64,000 nt of DNA from Rubripirellula sp. GTDB taxonomy: Bacteria > Planctomycetota > Planctomycetia > Pirellulales > Pirellulaceae. The translations under genes were made by a program, and so were the position numbers. The stretch spans positions 3,872,001 through 3,936,000 of the forward strand of contig OZ244207.1 of assembly GCA_965216875.1 (NCBI GenBank), in the 5' to 3' direction. Below are positions 21,896-32,130 of this stretch, piece by piece. The notes below the pieces were generated by a model. It worked only from the letters and a program-made list of their open reading frames with translations. It was not told the origin of the DNA and did no database searches. Numbering within the stretch: the first letter of the stretch is position 1; every line of letters begins with the position of its first letter.

Positions 21896-22927
21896 ATGGC
21901 TGTATCTGCACCAAGTGCGCCCGCGCGGGACAATTGCCCAACAATCAACCGCCCCGGGGTCGTCCATACCGAAACAACGCCGGTCATGATCATTGGGCAT
22001 GGAAGCTCGGGCACAAGCATCCTGACGGACCTATTGCGTGAGCATTTGCAGATCGCATTTGGCACCGAAAGCCAATTCGTTGTTCGTTTCTATCAGAATC
22101 TCTGGCGCTACGGCGACCTCCGCAACGATGCGTCTTTGCAGTCCCTCGTGTCGCACCTCCTCGGGGAACGCTGGTTCAAGCGTTCAGCTCAATTTGGGTT
22201 CCGTACTGACGTCGAATCGATTTGTAGCCGAGTCAAGGACCGAACTTATCGCGGTGTACTTGACGCGGTGTTCGGTGAATTCGCTGATCAAGTTGGCAAA
22301 GTGCGTTGGGGCGACAAAACGCCTGGCTATCTGCGGCATCTCGACGTGTTAGCGGAGCTCTTTCCCGAAGCCAAGTACATTCATGTCATCCGCGACGGGC
22401 GCGACGTCGCGCTATCGCTCATGAGTCGCCATTTTGGTGCAAACAACGTCTTTCTCGCAGCACACGATTGGAGTGAGATGGTCGAACGTGGAGACGCATT
22501 CGCTTCGATGATGCCCAGCGAACAACTCATTGAAGTCCGGTACGAAGACCTTCTCGATAGGCCCGGAGACACCTTCGCGCGGCTTGTGGAGTTCCTGCGC
22601 ATTGACGACGCCAATGGTCGACTGATTGATCACCTTTCCAAGGTGATCCCCGAAAAACTCAATCAAAACAACCACGGGAAGTGGAAAACGAAACTCACCG
22701 CGAAACAAACTCACGCGTTCGACCGAATCGCTTGCGAGCAACTCCTCCGCCACCAGTATCCGTCCACGGTACCCTCGCCGCGGCAAACATCCACCAGTGC
22801 CGAGCGACTGTATTGGAAAACACATGACCGAATTTGCCGCTGGTCACAACGTGAGTATTGGAAGGACAACCTTTACAAAGCGACGTTGAGACTGAAGCGA
22901 CTCGGTCGAGCACGCAACAACAATTGA
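21896..22927 (+). CDS. Sulfotransferase family protein
   Basis: 5'-PSB-like IIGHGSSGTSIL, WGDKTP, 3'-PB IHVIRDGRDVALS, VRYEDL. Confidence 0.88.
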   Translation: MAVSAPSAPARDNCPTINRPGVVHTETTPVMIIGHGSSGTSILTDLLREHLQIAFGTESQFVVRFYQNLWRYGDLRNDASLQSLVSHLLGERWFKRSAQFGFRTDVESICSRVKDRTYRGVLDAVFGEFADQVGKVRWGDKTPGYLRHLDVLAELFPEAKYIHVIRDGRDVALSLMSRHFGANNVFLAAHDWSEMVERGDAFASMMPSEQLIEVRYEDLLDRPGDTFARLVEFLRIDDANGRLIDHLSKVIPEKLNQNNHGKWKTKLTAKQTHAFDRIACEQLLRHQYPSTVPSPRQTSTSAERLYWKTHDRICRWSQREYWKDNLYKATLRLKRLGRARNNN

Positions 22928-22965
22928 ACGATACGATCTCCATAAGCAGGCACATGGCACTGCCG

Positions 22966-23811
22966 TCATGCTGCGCTGCGCCGAAATGTCGAAAAGAATC
23001 GTCTTACTGAACGTTTCGGAAGGGGTTCGATAAGATCTCCACGAAACACCGATGCGGGGTTGTCTCGGAAGAGTGCTGTCGCCAACAGTTCGTCTTCCCA
23101 CGACGCGACACGCTGCCATGCTGCTGCCAGCGTCGCAGGCTGATTGCCCGGAAGACTCGTCGCCGCTTCGGCAACGTTGGACTCGTCAACACTCGCGTGG
23201 TGAATAGGTGCCTGGCCTGTGGCAACAAGGTGACAAAGACGGCTGCGGATCAGCCGGCGACAAAACCTTAGCGTGTCACGATCGGGTGGCTCACAAATGC
23301 TGGCGGTAGAAAGTTGCAGTCGGCCGCCGAGCTTGACGATGGCGTCAACCTCCGAAGGGTCCTGCCGAAACCGGGCAACGCGCTCGGGTGAAACAATGAT
23401 CGGTGTCAGCCTCATTCGCCGGATCGCGTCGACGACCGGTAACACGGGCGCGGTGTTGTCATGTGCCACACGAAGAAACACATAGTGTCTCGAAACGCCC
23501 CCAAGCACAGTCGCCGTGTGAATGATGTGATCGAACAGCTCTGAATGCATCTCCAGCTCAACGCAAGGCGTGACCTGAAGACCGAGCTCTTGCTGTCGTA
23601 ACAACTCCTGCATCTGAGGGACGCGCCGGCGCAACAGGTCAAGTTGCTTACGCGGCGTGGTCACCACCGCTTTTTCAACGCCCTGACTCCGAAGCGTCCT
23701 GGCACGTTCGAGGGTCGCCCCCCAATCAATCCGCCCTGAGCTCCCAGCTGAAATCAGCTGCGCATTGCAATCCACGAGCCCCGCTGGGCTGGTAGGGTTT
23801 CCACTCCTCAT
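22966..23811 (-). CDS. CpsB/CapC-like PHP-family tyrosine phosphatase homologue, metal ligands degenerate
   Basis: Fold landmarks GLVDCNAQ, GVEKAVVTTP, PIIVSPER, G.LQL, LCHLVATG, NPASVFRG. Confidence 0.6.
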   Translation of the reverse strand: MRSGNPTSPAGLVDCNAQLISAGSSGRIDWGATLERARTLRSQGVEKAVVTTPRKQLDLLRRRVPQMQELLRQQELGLQVTPCVELEMHSELFDHIIHTATVLGGVSRHYVFLRVAHDNTAPVLPVVDAIRRMRLTPIIVSPERVARFRQDPSEVDAIVKLGGRLQLSTASICEPPDRDTLRFCRRLIRSRLCHLVATGQAPIHHASVDESNVAEAATSLPGNQPATLAAAWQRVASWEDELLATALFRDNPASVFRGDLIEPLPKRSVRRFFSTFRRSAA

Positions 23812-24157
23812 CTCGCTGCCCCGGATAGGAATTGGGTCTGTTTGGTTTGGCTTGGCTGCTTCACTCGGTTATGCTGATACACATCACCCACCTGACTGTT
23901 TAGTTATCGACCGCGATCCCACCTGCGGTCGCTCCCGTTTCCAACGCAAATCACTGGATTTCGGGTTTCAGCAAACACAATGCCATCCAATCCCTGAGGC
24001 AAGGTTTGCGTGACCAATTCAGCCCACCCGCGCGTTGCACTGATCGAAAGGGCAAGAAACTGCCATCGTGACTTCTCGATTCAGAAATGAAGCCTTGCTG
24101 CGGCTGGCCGCAGTGCGCGATTCCCTGGCAATCGTCCTGCGACGTTGCTGTGTCTTG

Positions 24158-26857
24158 ATGCAATTCCCATTGCTGGTATATCGAACCAGGTCCGTCATCC
24201 GCATGGGGCTGGTCTTTGCGATGGCTGTTGCTTGCGTCACCGGTCAAGTCAACGCGGATGAGGAAGCTCCTGCAAAGCCTCTGCCCAAAGAGCAACTCGA
24301 TTTCTTTGAGTCAAAGATCCGGCCACTGTTGATCGAACGTTGCTACGATTGCCACTCTCAAGAATCAGGCGAATCGGAGGCAGAGCTTGATGTCGATTCA
24401 GCCGACGCTCTTCGTCGCGGCGGAGTAAGCGGTCCAGCGTTGGTCCCACACAAGGTTGACCAAAGCCTGCTGATCCGCGCGATTCGGTATGACAACTCGA
24501 AGCTGCAGATGCCACCGGACGAGAAATTGTCCGTGGACGAAATCAAGGCTCTCGAAGAATGGGTAGCGATGGGTGCGCCGGATCCACGAACGGCCACACC
24601 GACCGCCGCCGCAAACTCAACCAAAGCGATCTCGCCGCTTGACCGAGATCCGAAATCACATTGGGCATTCAACGTTCCGAAGAGGGCAAGGTTTGATCAG
24701 CAGGTCGACTCGCGTGCCCGCGACGTTGTGGATGCCTTCGCGATCGAGCGTGCGAAATTGGCATCGCTCCCGCTGAACGAAGAAGCGGACAAAGCAACGT
24801 TGATCCGTCGCCTCTATTTCGACCTAACAGGCTTGCCACCGACCAAGTCCGAAGTGGATCGATTCGTTGCTGATGATCACCCCACAGCGTACCGTCGGTT
24901 GGTTGATCGGCTGCTTGCGACGCCCGATTTTGGTCAGAGATTTGCGCGCCACTGGATGGACGTCTCTCGCTATGCCGACACGCTCGGTTACGCGACCGCC
25001 GGAAAAACGCGTCGGCACACTGGCAGCGAACGCTTCCGCGACTGGGCAATTGCCGCCTTCGCCAGCGACATGCCTTACGACGAAATGTTGCGGCACCAAC
25101 TCGCTGGTGATCGCACCGATCCCAAGAATGCGGAAGGCAATCTTGATGCGATGGGATTCATGACGTTGGGACGCAAGTTCTTGAACCCACTCGATACCAT
25201 TGACGACCGAATCGATGTGATCAGTCGCGGTTTGCTTGGCATGACCGTCACCTGTGCCCGCTGCCACGACCACAAGTTTGATCCCATCTCGATGAGCGAC
25301 TACTACTCACTTGGCGGGATCATCTCCAGCAGTCAGCAACCTAAGGAAGGCGCGAGCCCGCTGATGATGGTCGACAAGGCCAAACCGGTCGACAGCCCCG
25401 TGTTGATTCGCGGACAAGCGGGAAATCGCGGACCAATCGCTCCACGACAATACCTCACCGCGCTTCGCAGCACGGACGACAAACGCTTTAGTGATGGAAG
25501 CGGACGCTGGGAATTGGTTCAACGGATTGCGAGCTCGGACAATCCACTGACCGCACGCGTGATGGTCAATCGATTGTGGGGACATCTGATTGGCAAGGCG
25601 CTGGTCGATTCGCCTAGCGACTTTGGATTTCGCACTCAACCTCCGCAAGTTCCCGAGATCCTGGATGATCTTGCGGCTGAGTTTTCAGAGCACTGGAGTA
25701 TCAAACGGGTGATTCGACGGATCGTCATGACCCGCGTCTATCGTCAAACCGCAAGGGTGACTGACGAGGCGTTGCAGAAAGACCCCGACAACGGACTACT
25801 CGCGCGAGCCAACCGCAGACGCCGCGATTTTGAATCACTCCGCGACTCGTTGCTTTACGTCTGTGATTCCATGGACCAACGACTCGGCGGAGAACCAGTC
25901 GAAATCACGCTCGACACACCGAGCCCAAGACGCACGGTCTATGCGATGATCGATCGCCAGAACCTGCCCTCCATTTTCCGGACGTTCGATTTTGCAAGCC
26001 CCGACGCGCACACCCCCAAACGGTACTTCACCACCGTCCCGCAACAAGCGTTGCATTTGCTAAACAGCAAACAGAGTTTCGATCTCGCGCGTCGTGCAGC
26101 GGCGTCGATCACGCGCGACGAACAAGTCGTCACGCCCGGCGATCGAGCCAAAGCGGTCTTTGTTCGCATCCTTGGCCGCGCGCCCAACGCCGAGGAACTC
26201 GGTGCGGCAACCGCTTTCCTCGAAACTCCCATCACGCCCCCTCAAGCATCCATCGACCCACGCTCGTTGTGGAGCTACGGCACGGGCAAAATCGATCTTG
26301 AAAAAGGCGTGACCGAATTTGACCCGTTCCGTGTCTTTCAAGACAGCCGATGGCAATTCGCCAAAGAGTTTCCTGCCGGCGGAACAATGGGACATGCCTA
26401 TTTGGGCAAAGAAACGGGGCATACCGCAACCGACCAAGCGATCGGTGTCGTACGTCGTTTCACCGCTCCGTTTGACGGCCAGGTCCGCCTGATTGGCATG
26501 ATGGGGCACCGCAGCAAAAAAGGAGATGGAGTCGAAGCGAAGATTTGGGTCGGCGAAAAACGCCTCTTTCAAGGAAAACAAAAGAGCAACAATCGTCCCT
26601 ATGGGCCCCTGAAATACCGGATCAAAAAGGGACAAACCGTTGACCTCGTCGCGATGTGCGGCGAATCCTCTTCCTTCGACACGTTTTTTTGGAACGTCCG
26701 TATCAAGCTGACAGGACCCGAAGGACAAATCGTCGAAACCGATTCGATCAAACACTTCAGTGGGCCCTTCGACATCGAGAACAACAAACCGCTTGATCGC
26801 CTTTCGCAGCTTGCCCAAACGCTGCTCATGAGTAACGAATTCGCCTTTGTCGACTAG
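24158..26857 (+). CDS. Planctomycete cytochrome c / DUF1549 / DUF1553 (PSCyt1-PSCyt2-PSD1) protein; start uncertain
   Basis: FFESKIRPLLIERCYDCH, HWAF, LIRRLYFDLTGLPPT, CARCHDHKFDPI, NPLTARVMVNRLW, LLMSNEFAFVD. Confidence 0.92.
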   Translation: MQFPLLVYRTRSVIRMGLVFAMAVACVTGQVNADEEAPAKPLPKEQLDFFESKIRPLLIERCYDCHSQESGESEAELDVDSADALRRGGVSGPALVPHKVDQSLLIRAIRYDNSKLQMPPDEKLSVDEIKALEEWVAMGAPDPRTATPTAAANSTKAISPLDRDPKSHWAFNVPKRARFDQQVDSRARDVVDAFAIERAKLASLPLNEEADKATLIRRLYFDLTGLPPTKSEVDRFVADDHPTAYRRLVDRLLATPDFGQRFARHWMDVSRYADTLGYATAGKTRRHTGSERFRDWAIAAFASDMPYDEMLRHQLAGDRTDPKNAEGNLDAMGFMTLGRKFLNPLDTIDDRIDVISRGLLGMTVTCARCHDHKFDPISMSDYYSLGGIISSSQQPKEGASPLMMVDKAKPVDSPVLIRGQAGNRGPIAPRQYLTALRSTDDKRFSDGSGRWELVQRIASSDNPLTARVMVNRLWGHLIGKALVDSPSDFGFRTQPPQVPEILDDLAAEFSEHWSIKRVIRRIVMTRVYRQTARVTDEALQKDPDNGLLARANRRRRDFESLRDSLLYVCDSMDQRLGGEPVEITLDTPSPRRTVYAMIDRQNLPSIFRTFDFASPDAHTPKRYFTTVPQQALHLLNSKQSFDLARRAAASITRDEQVVTPGDRAKAVFVRILGRAPNAEELGAATAFLETPITPPQASIDPRSLWSYGTGKIDLEKGVTEFDPFRVFQDSRWQFAKEFPAGGTMGHAYLGKETGHTATDQAIGVVRRFTAPFDGQVRLIGMMGHRSKKGDGVEAKIWVGEKRLFQGKQKSNNRPYGPLKYRIKKGQTVDLVAMCGESSSFDTFFWNVRIKLTGPEGQIVETDSIKHFSGPFDIENNKPLDRLSQLAQTLLMSNEFAFVD

Positions 26858-26870
26858 ACAACCAATCAAA

Positions 26871-28295
26871 ATGTTTTCTTCGAACTCAGCCAACCTCTTC
26901 TCACGTCGTCAGATGCTTCGCAGTTGTGGAGTCGGTTTCGGCTCGCTCGCACTCAGTGACATGCTCGCTCGTGAGGCAAGCGCAGGTGGGAATTTCTCGG
27001 GGCAAGTACCGCTCCATTTCCCGGCTGCAAAGGCAAAACACGTGATCCACCTCTTTATGAATGGTGGCCCCAGCCACGTGGACACCTTCGACCCGAAAGA
27101 AGCACTCGACCGACTGCACGGACAATCAGCGCCCACAAAAAACTTGCGTACCGAGCGTCCCACCGGGAACGTTCTCAAGTCGCCTTACAAATTCAAACAA
27201 TACGGCGAAAGCGGCCTGCCCGTTAGCGAGCTCTTTGAACACACAGCCAAACACATCGACGACATCTGCGTGATCCGTTCGATGCACGCAGACGTACCGA
27301 ATCACGAACCGTCGCTGATGTTGATGAACACGGGCGAGTCACGTTTGGTGCGTCCAAGCATGGGATCTTGGCTGACGTACGGTCTCGGCAGCGAGAACGA
27401 AAACCTACCCGCATTCGTCGCCTTGTGCCCTGGCGGGTACCCGATCAAAGAGTCACAGAATTGGCAGAATGCATTCCTGCCTGGCAAGTACCAAGCCACC
27501 TACATCGATTCGAGTGGCGAACGCATTGAGCAATTGATCGACAACATTCGTAGCGTTGCCGTCTCGAATCGCGATCAAAGAATGCAACTCGACCTGCTGC
27601 AACAGCTCAACCAACAGCATGCTGCGCAACGACAAGGCGACGGGCGTCTGGAGTCGCGCATTGAATCGTTTGAATTGGCTTATCGGATGCAAAGCGAAGC
27701 GGCGGAGGCTTTTGACGTCGCACGCGAACCCGAAAACGTGCGTCAAATGTACGGCGACGGCGCATTCGCTCGTCAAGCGTTGATCGCGCGACGGTTGGTC
27801 GAACGCGGCGTTCGGTTTGTTCAACTCTATACGGGCGCGGGACAACCCTGGGACAATCACGATGATCTGGAAAAACGGCACCGCGAAGTCGCCAAGGGTG
27901 TGGACCAACCGATCGGAGCACTCTTGTCCGATCTGAAACGGCTTGGACTACTCGAAGAGACGCTGGTTCTTTGGGGAGGCGAATTTGGTCGAACACCGGT
28001 CGTCGAAATGCCCAAAGAAGGATCCAATCAAGGCAAGATGAACGGCCGTGACCACAACCACTACGGTTTCACATGCTGGATGGCTGGTGGTGGTGTCAAG
28101 GGCGGGCAAGCCATCGGCGCCACCGACGAACTTGGTTTTCAAGCGGTCGAAGATCGGGTACACGTGCATGACCTTCACGCGACCATTTTGCGTTTGGTTG
28201 GATACGACCACGAGAAGCTGACCTATCGTTATGCCGGCCGTGACTTCCGATTGACCGACGTCCACGGGCATGTCGTCGACAAGGTTTTGGCGTAA
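26871..28295 (+). CDS. DUF1501 domain protein (Tat-type signal)
   Basis: SRRQML, AKHVIHLFMNGGPSHVDTFDPK, ARRLVERGVRFVQ, WGGEFGRTP, GRDHN, DLHATIL; typical partner of DUF1553 genes. Confidence 0.93.
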   Translation: MFSSNSANLFSRRQMLRSCGVGFGSLALSDMLAREASAGGNFSGQVPLHFPAAKAKHVIHLFMNGGPSHVDTFDPKEALDRLHGQSAPTKNLRTERPTGNVLKSPYKFKQYGESGLPVSELFEHTAKHIDDICVIRSMHADVPNHEPSLMLMNTGESRLVRPSMGSWLTYGLGSENENLPAFVALCPGGYPIKESQNWQNAFLPGKYQATYIDSSGERIEQLIDNIRSVAVSNRDQRMQLDLLQQLNQQHAAQRQGDGRLESRIESFELAYRMQSEAAEAFDVAREPENVRQMYGDGAFARQALIARRLVERGVRFVQLYTGAGQPWDNHDDLEKRHREVAKGVDQPIGALLSDLKRLGLLEETLVLWGGEFGRTPVVEMPKEGSNQGKMNGRDHNHYGFTCWMAGGGVKGGQAIGATDELGFQAVEDRVHVHDLHATILRLVGYDHEKLTYRYAGRDFRLTDVHGHVVDKVLA

Positions 28296-28428
28296 CGATT
28301 GAATCCACCGAGGATACGAGGTGGATATTGATTTGCTGATAACCGGCGCAGGGCCCGTCGGTGCCATTCTTGGTTCCAGCGCACGATCTTCATCGATGAA
28401 GAGGTCGTTGCATGCGTGGTGTCGATTC

Positions 28429-28473
28429 GAGCACGAGCACGAGCAGGAGCAGGAGCAGGAGCACGAGTACGAG
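28429..28473. repeat. Hexamer microsatellite (GAGCAS)n
   Basis: GAGCAC GAGCAC GAGCAG GAGCAG GAGCAG GAGCAC GAGTAC GAG. Confidence 0.85.
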
Positions 28474-28795
28474 GTAGAAGGACGAGTATCGGGCTGGGCC
28501 TTGGGTACGATTTTCGATGACGATGACGATTCGTTTTTCAGCATCGCTTCACCGACGCAAACAGGCATCCCACGCCCCGCCGACGCTCGTGCGGCATATA
28601 TCCAAAATTACGCGGCTATTTAGGTGCTTTACGGATACGACCGTCGGTTCGTATCCTATTCTATCCAGTCCAGAAAGCCCCCTCGCCTGATCGCAGACCA
28701 TCGTCCACCACGACGCGATGCGATCGCTCGCCGAATTGGAACCAGCCCCCAACAAGTGCGAGTGTCAGCGGCACCGGAATTCGAAGGTCGATCTG

Positions 28796-30115
28796 TTGTC
28801 CGAAGTCTTCAACCACGTTGTTTGCCCTGGTTGCGCCTGTTTGTGCGATGACATCACCCTTCGATTCGACGAGGGCGAGCAGACAGGTGAAAACCGACTC
28901 GGGCAATTTGAACCGCACTGCAAACTGGGACGTCAGTGGTTCGAAAACCATGCGTCGGCAACCGGGGCAGCTGCCGAAATCGAAGGGGCGGCGACCGAAT
29001 TGGATGCGGCCATCGAACGTGCCGTCGAACTTCTTCAACAAAGTGACTACCCACTCGTCTACGGGCTCTCGCGAAGTTCAACACCCGGACAACGCGCAGC
29101 AGTCGAGCTGGCCGAATGGCTCGGCGGCGCCGTCGACACGACGGCATCCCTTTGCCATGGTCCGTCGATCATGGCGCTGCAGGAATTTGGCGAAGTCACC
29201 TGCACACTCGGTGAAATCCGGAACCGTTCCGACCTGGTGATCTTTTGGGGCTGCAACCCAGCCGACTCGCATCCACGGCACGCCGAACGCTACTCGGTCA
29301 ATGCGAACGGCAAATACCTGCCCGGCGGTCGCAGCGATCGAAAAGTCGTGATGATTGGTGACGCCGACAAAATCAACGACTGGAAGCTCGACGACGAAGG
29401 GACCGAACCCGACCTGCGCATCGCAGTGGAACCTGGTCGCGACTTCGAGCTGCTCTCGAAACTCAAGATGATGCTCGAGGGCGAACCCGCACCTGAGGGC
29501 CGTGACGATCTCGACCAACTGATGTCGATGATGCGAGCTTGCAAATTTGGTGTTTTCTTCTTTGGCCTCGGATTGGCCGAAACCGGTGCCTGGGGTGGAA
29601 CACGACGAACCGGCACCGGCCATATCAACGTCTCGGCGCTGCTTCACCTGGTCGCTGAACTCAATGCAGTGACTCGGTTCACCGCCCGACGGATGCGTCT
29701 GCAGGGTGATGTTTCCGGCGCCGACAATGTCCTGCTTTGGCAAACGGCCTATCCCTTCGCCGTCGACTATTCGCGTGGTTTTCCACGCTACAACCCGGGT
29801 GAATACACCGCCAACGAATTGCTTGAGCGTCAGGACGTCGACCTGGCACTCTTCGTCGGGGCCGAAACGGTCCCCTACTTCACGGATTCGGCGCGCGAAG
29901 CACTCGGCAAGATTCCAACGATCGTGTTGGATTACCCCGGAGCTGCGAGGAACCTCGAGGGAACGGTTCGTTTCAACACGTCGGTCTACGGCATTCACGC
30001 CAAGGGAACGGCCTACCGAATGGACAATGTCCCCATGCGACTGGAAAAAATGCTCGACAGCGATCTGCCAACGGACGAAACCGTTCTGCGCTGCCTACTC
30101 GATGCCGTTCGCTAA
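28796..30115 (+). CDS. fhcB: Formylmethanofuran dehydrogenase subunit B / formyltransferase-hydrolase complex subunit B homologue
   Basis: VVCPGCACLCDDI, TASLCHGPS, TCTLGEIRNRSDLVIFWGCNP..SHPRH, WQTAYPFAVD, GTAYRMDNVP; TTG 28796 preferred, ORF track starts at 28718. Confidence 0.88.
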   Translation: MSEVFNHVVCPGCACLCDDITLRFDEGEQTGENRLGQFEPHCKLGRQWFENHASATGAAAEIEGAATELDAAIERAVELLQQSDYPLVYGLSRSSTPGQRAAVELAEWLGGAVDTTASLCHGPSIMALQEFGEVTCTLGEIRNRSDLVIFWGCNPADSHPRHAERYSVNANGKYLPGGRSDRKVVMIGDADKINDWKLDDEGTEPDLRIAVEPGRDFELLSKLKMMLEGEPAPEGRDDLDQLMSMMRACKFGVFFFGLGLAETGAWGGTRRTGTGHINVSALLHLVAELNAVTRFTARRMRLQGDVSGADNVLLWQTAYPFAVDYSRGFPRYNPGEYTANELLERQDVDLALFVGAETVPYFTDSAREALGKIPTIVLDYPGAARNLEGTVRFNTSVYGIHAKGTAYRMDNVPMRLEKMLDSDLPTDETVLRCLLDAVR

Positions 30116-30195
30116 GGTCTGCGATTGGGGACGCTTCTGCCGTCGTCTCGACCAATCTTTGCCTCGCTGTAGCCCAGCCTGATTCGGCCCGCTCA

Positions 30196-30672
30196 TCAAT
30201 TGGCTGACTGCAGATAGTACAGCCGTCTCGTTTTCCGGTCGTAGACAACATTGCTCACGTGTCCCCCATCGCCGAAGTGCCAAAGATAGCGATCCGGTTG
30301 ATTCGTGATTTGAACGAAGGCAAGCTCGTGTGCTGGCACCGAGTGGTCGGGAAGCTCAGGAATCTTGCCTCGCGTGTCGAGTGGTCGATTGATCGAAGCA
30401 GCCCAATCGGTCGCCTCGGATTCAGCACAAGTGGATTCGGCCGTGATCCACCAGGCACTTTGGTAGGTCCGAAGTCGAATATCGCGAGCACGCTCAGGAA
30501 CGTACGGCTGAAACCGTTCGGGGAGCTCCGTTGCGCTATCCGCGGTGAAGTACTGATTCTCGGGAAACAAGACGTCGCGCACGAACGTCTGACTCGCGAT
30601 CGCAACTAGAATCGCTGACCCGCCAACGACGACGAGCAATGAACGGAATGAGTATCGCACGAGATTCAACAA
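30196..30672 (-). CDS. Hypothetical exported or membrane-anchored protein
   Basis: N-terminus RYSFRSLLVVV plus hydrophobic stretch; C-terminal VVYDRKTRRLYY. Confidence 0.6.
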   Translation of the reverse strand: MLNLVRYSFRSLLVVVGGSAILVAIASQTFVRDVLFPENQYFTADSATELPERFQPYVPERARDIRLRTYQSAWWITAESTCAESEATDWAASINRPLDTRGKIPELPDHSVPAHELAFVQITNQPDRYLWHFGDGGHVSNVVYDRKTRRLYYLQSAN

Positions 30673-30711
30673 AAGTAAGACATGTAAATGATCGCGAGTC
30701 CATACATCCCG

Positions 30712-31038
30712 TTAACCACGCGACCACCCATTTGCCGTTAAAAGGCCGAACAGTGCCACAACGAGAGCGCCAAAGACGGAACCGAGGAATGCGCAAAGCA
30801 GCATACACGGCCAAACGAATATCACTGTGAAATCGCCCGCATCGTCAAACAGGGTGAGCCCACCGAAGAATCCTGTCAGCGCACCCGCAACACACCCGAA
30901 AACGGATCCGACAAGTAATAGAAATGTCGCTCCCACAGCGCGAGTAGCTTTCCCTCGTAGCCGCCGGTTCTCTGGCGGCACATTAACTCGCGCACTTGGT
31001 GGCTCGTAAGGACTCGGGCCTTCCATATATCCCAACAC
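30712..31038 (-). CDS. Small hypothetical membrane protein (SPYEPP N-terminus)
   Basis: Two Gly-rich TM segments; start may be ATG 31026. Confidence 0.55.
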   Translation of the reverse strand: MLGYMEGPSPYEPPSARVNVPPENRRLRGKATRAVGATFLLLVGSVFGCVAGALTGFFGGLTLFDDAGDFTVIFVWPCMLLCAFLGSVFGALVVALFGLLTANGWSRG

Positions 31039-31217
31039 TTGATCATCGCATCAACTCAGGTCAATCCTGGCGCGAACTTGCACTGACTATCCCGCAAGTC
31101 TATCGGGCGGGATGGTGTGCGGCAAACTCGGCGTCGTTTCATCAAACGTCACCGTCACGCCACTCTCGGTTCGCCACGGTCTGCATAGTAACGCGCGCTT
31201 ATACGCTTCCGCGGACC

Positions 31218-31295
31218 GTAGCTACCTTCGCCAGAAGGTGGTTTCCATTGGTCGACCACTTTCCACTATCACCACGCTCTAGCGAGCGTATCGAC
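31218..31295. repeat. Family B GTAG-REP inverted doublet (REPIN/BIME-like)
   Basis: GTAGCTACCTTCGCCAGAAGGTGG facing CCACGCTCTaGCGAGCGTAtCgAC. Confidence 0.8.
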
Positions 31296-31492
31296 GAAGC
31301 GTGGAATGGCCGTTCGGAGTCGAGCCTTCAGGCGTCAAAATGCAGTTTGTGAGAAGATTCCGGCTAAAGCTCGGTACTACGAACTGCCGGCTCCCCCAAA
31401 AAAGCTCAGCCTCTCTGCGTAGAAACGCACGGTGCCAACCGTGCATCCGTACGCGATTGCGTCGGCACTCCGAGGTGCCCAAAACCAATGCA

Positions 31493-31523
31493 AGGCCCGA
31501 CGCTAGCGCGTTCGGCTCATGAA
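31493..31523. repeat. Family C REP-like element
   Basis: AGGCCCGACGCTAGCGCGTTCGGCTCA; also at 14715 and, inverted, at 59186 and 59332. Confidence 0.8.
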
Positions 31524-31526
31524 TAG

Positions 31527-31919
31527 TCAGAATCGTCCGGGACGATGCAGCTTTGAACGCTGGAATGCCCTGGCACATCCAAGCATCACAAAAAACGCAC
31601 CGGTAATTGCAACGACGAACGGAATCCGGAGGGTGAAGACGAATGACAAGAGATACCCGCCAAAGGCAATGCTCATACCGAAGACGATGATTCCAATGCC
31701 CTGCAATCGTTCGACCCGCAAGCGAGCGATCACGGCATCCGTCGCAACGGCCTCAGCAGTTGAAGTGTCGAGTCCCATGCATTGAATCTTCTTCGAGATC
31801 GAACCGACGACGGCGCCACCCGACGCAAGCTTCACTGCGGCTTGTCTAGCCTTTCGCAATGCGGCCTCGTCAACTTGAGTTGGTGCGTCTTTTTCGACAA
31901 CTGAATAAGGATTCAACAA
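31527..31919 (-). CDS. Hypothetical membrane protein (NPY N-terminus, 2 C-terminal TM)
   Basis: MLNPYS..; GIGIIVFG...GAFFVMLG. Confidence 0.6.
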   Translation of the reverse strand: MLNPYSVVEKDAPTQVDEAALRKARQAAVKLASGGAVVGSISKKIQCMGLDTSTAEAVATDAVIARLRVERLQGIGIIVFGMSIAFGGYLLSFVFTLRIPFVVAITGAFFVMLGCARAFQRSKLHRPGRF

Positions 31920-32020
31920 TTGCTCCGAAGCAGAGATTTGCGTAGGCGGGAACCTAGTATCGCGGATGGAAGTGTCTTGAGTTGAAGTTCACCCAAGTTA
32001 ACGTGCGCACCAGCAATCCC

Positions 32021-32113
32021 CCTCCCGCTTGCGGGAGGGTCGGACGCAAAGTCCGGGGAGGGAATGATCTTTGACAAACACTCTCCCAAGGGAGAGTGTC
32101 TTTTAAAAGACGC
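32021..32113 (+). repeat. Family D multi-hairpin repeat (internally deleted copy)
   Basis: Matches 5591-5708 but lacks the middle hairpin. Confidence 0.8.
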
Positions 32114-32130
32114 CAATGCAATCTGTAGTA

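Noticed and set aside
27948..28623. ORFs with SCSCSC or EHEQEQ runs
   Set aside because: Translations of the intergenic hexamer microsatellite, with no other coding evidence
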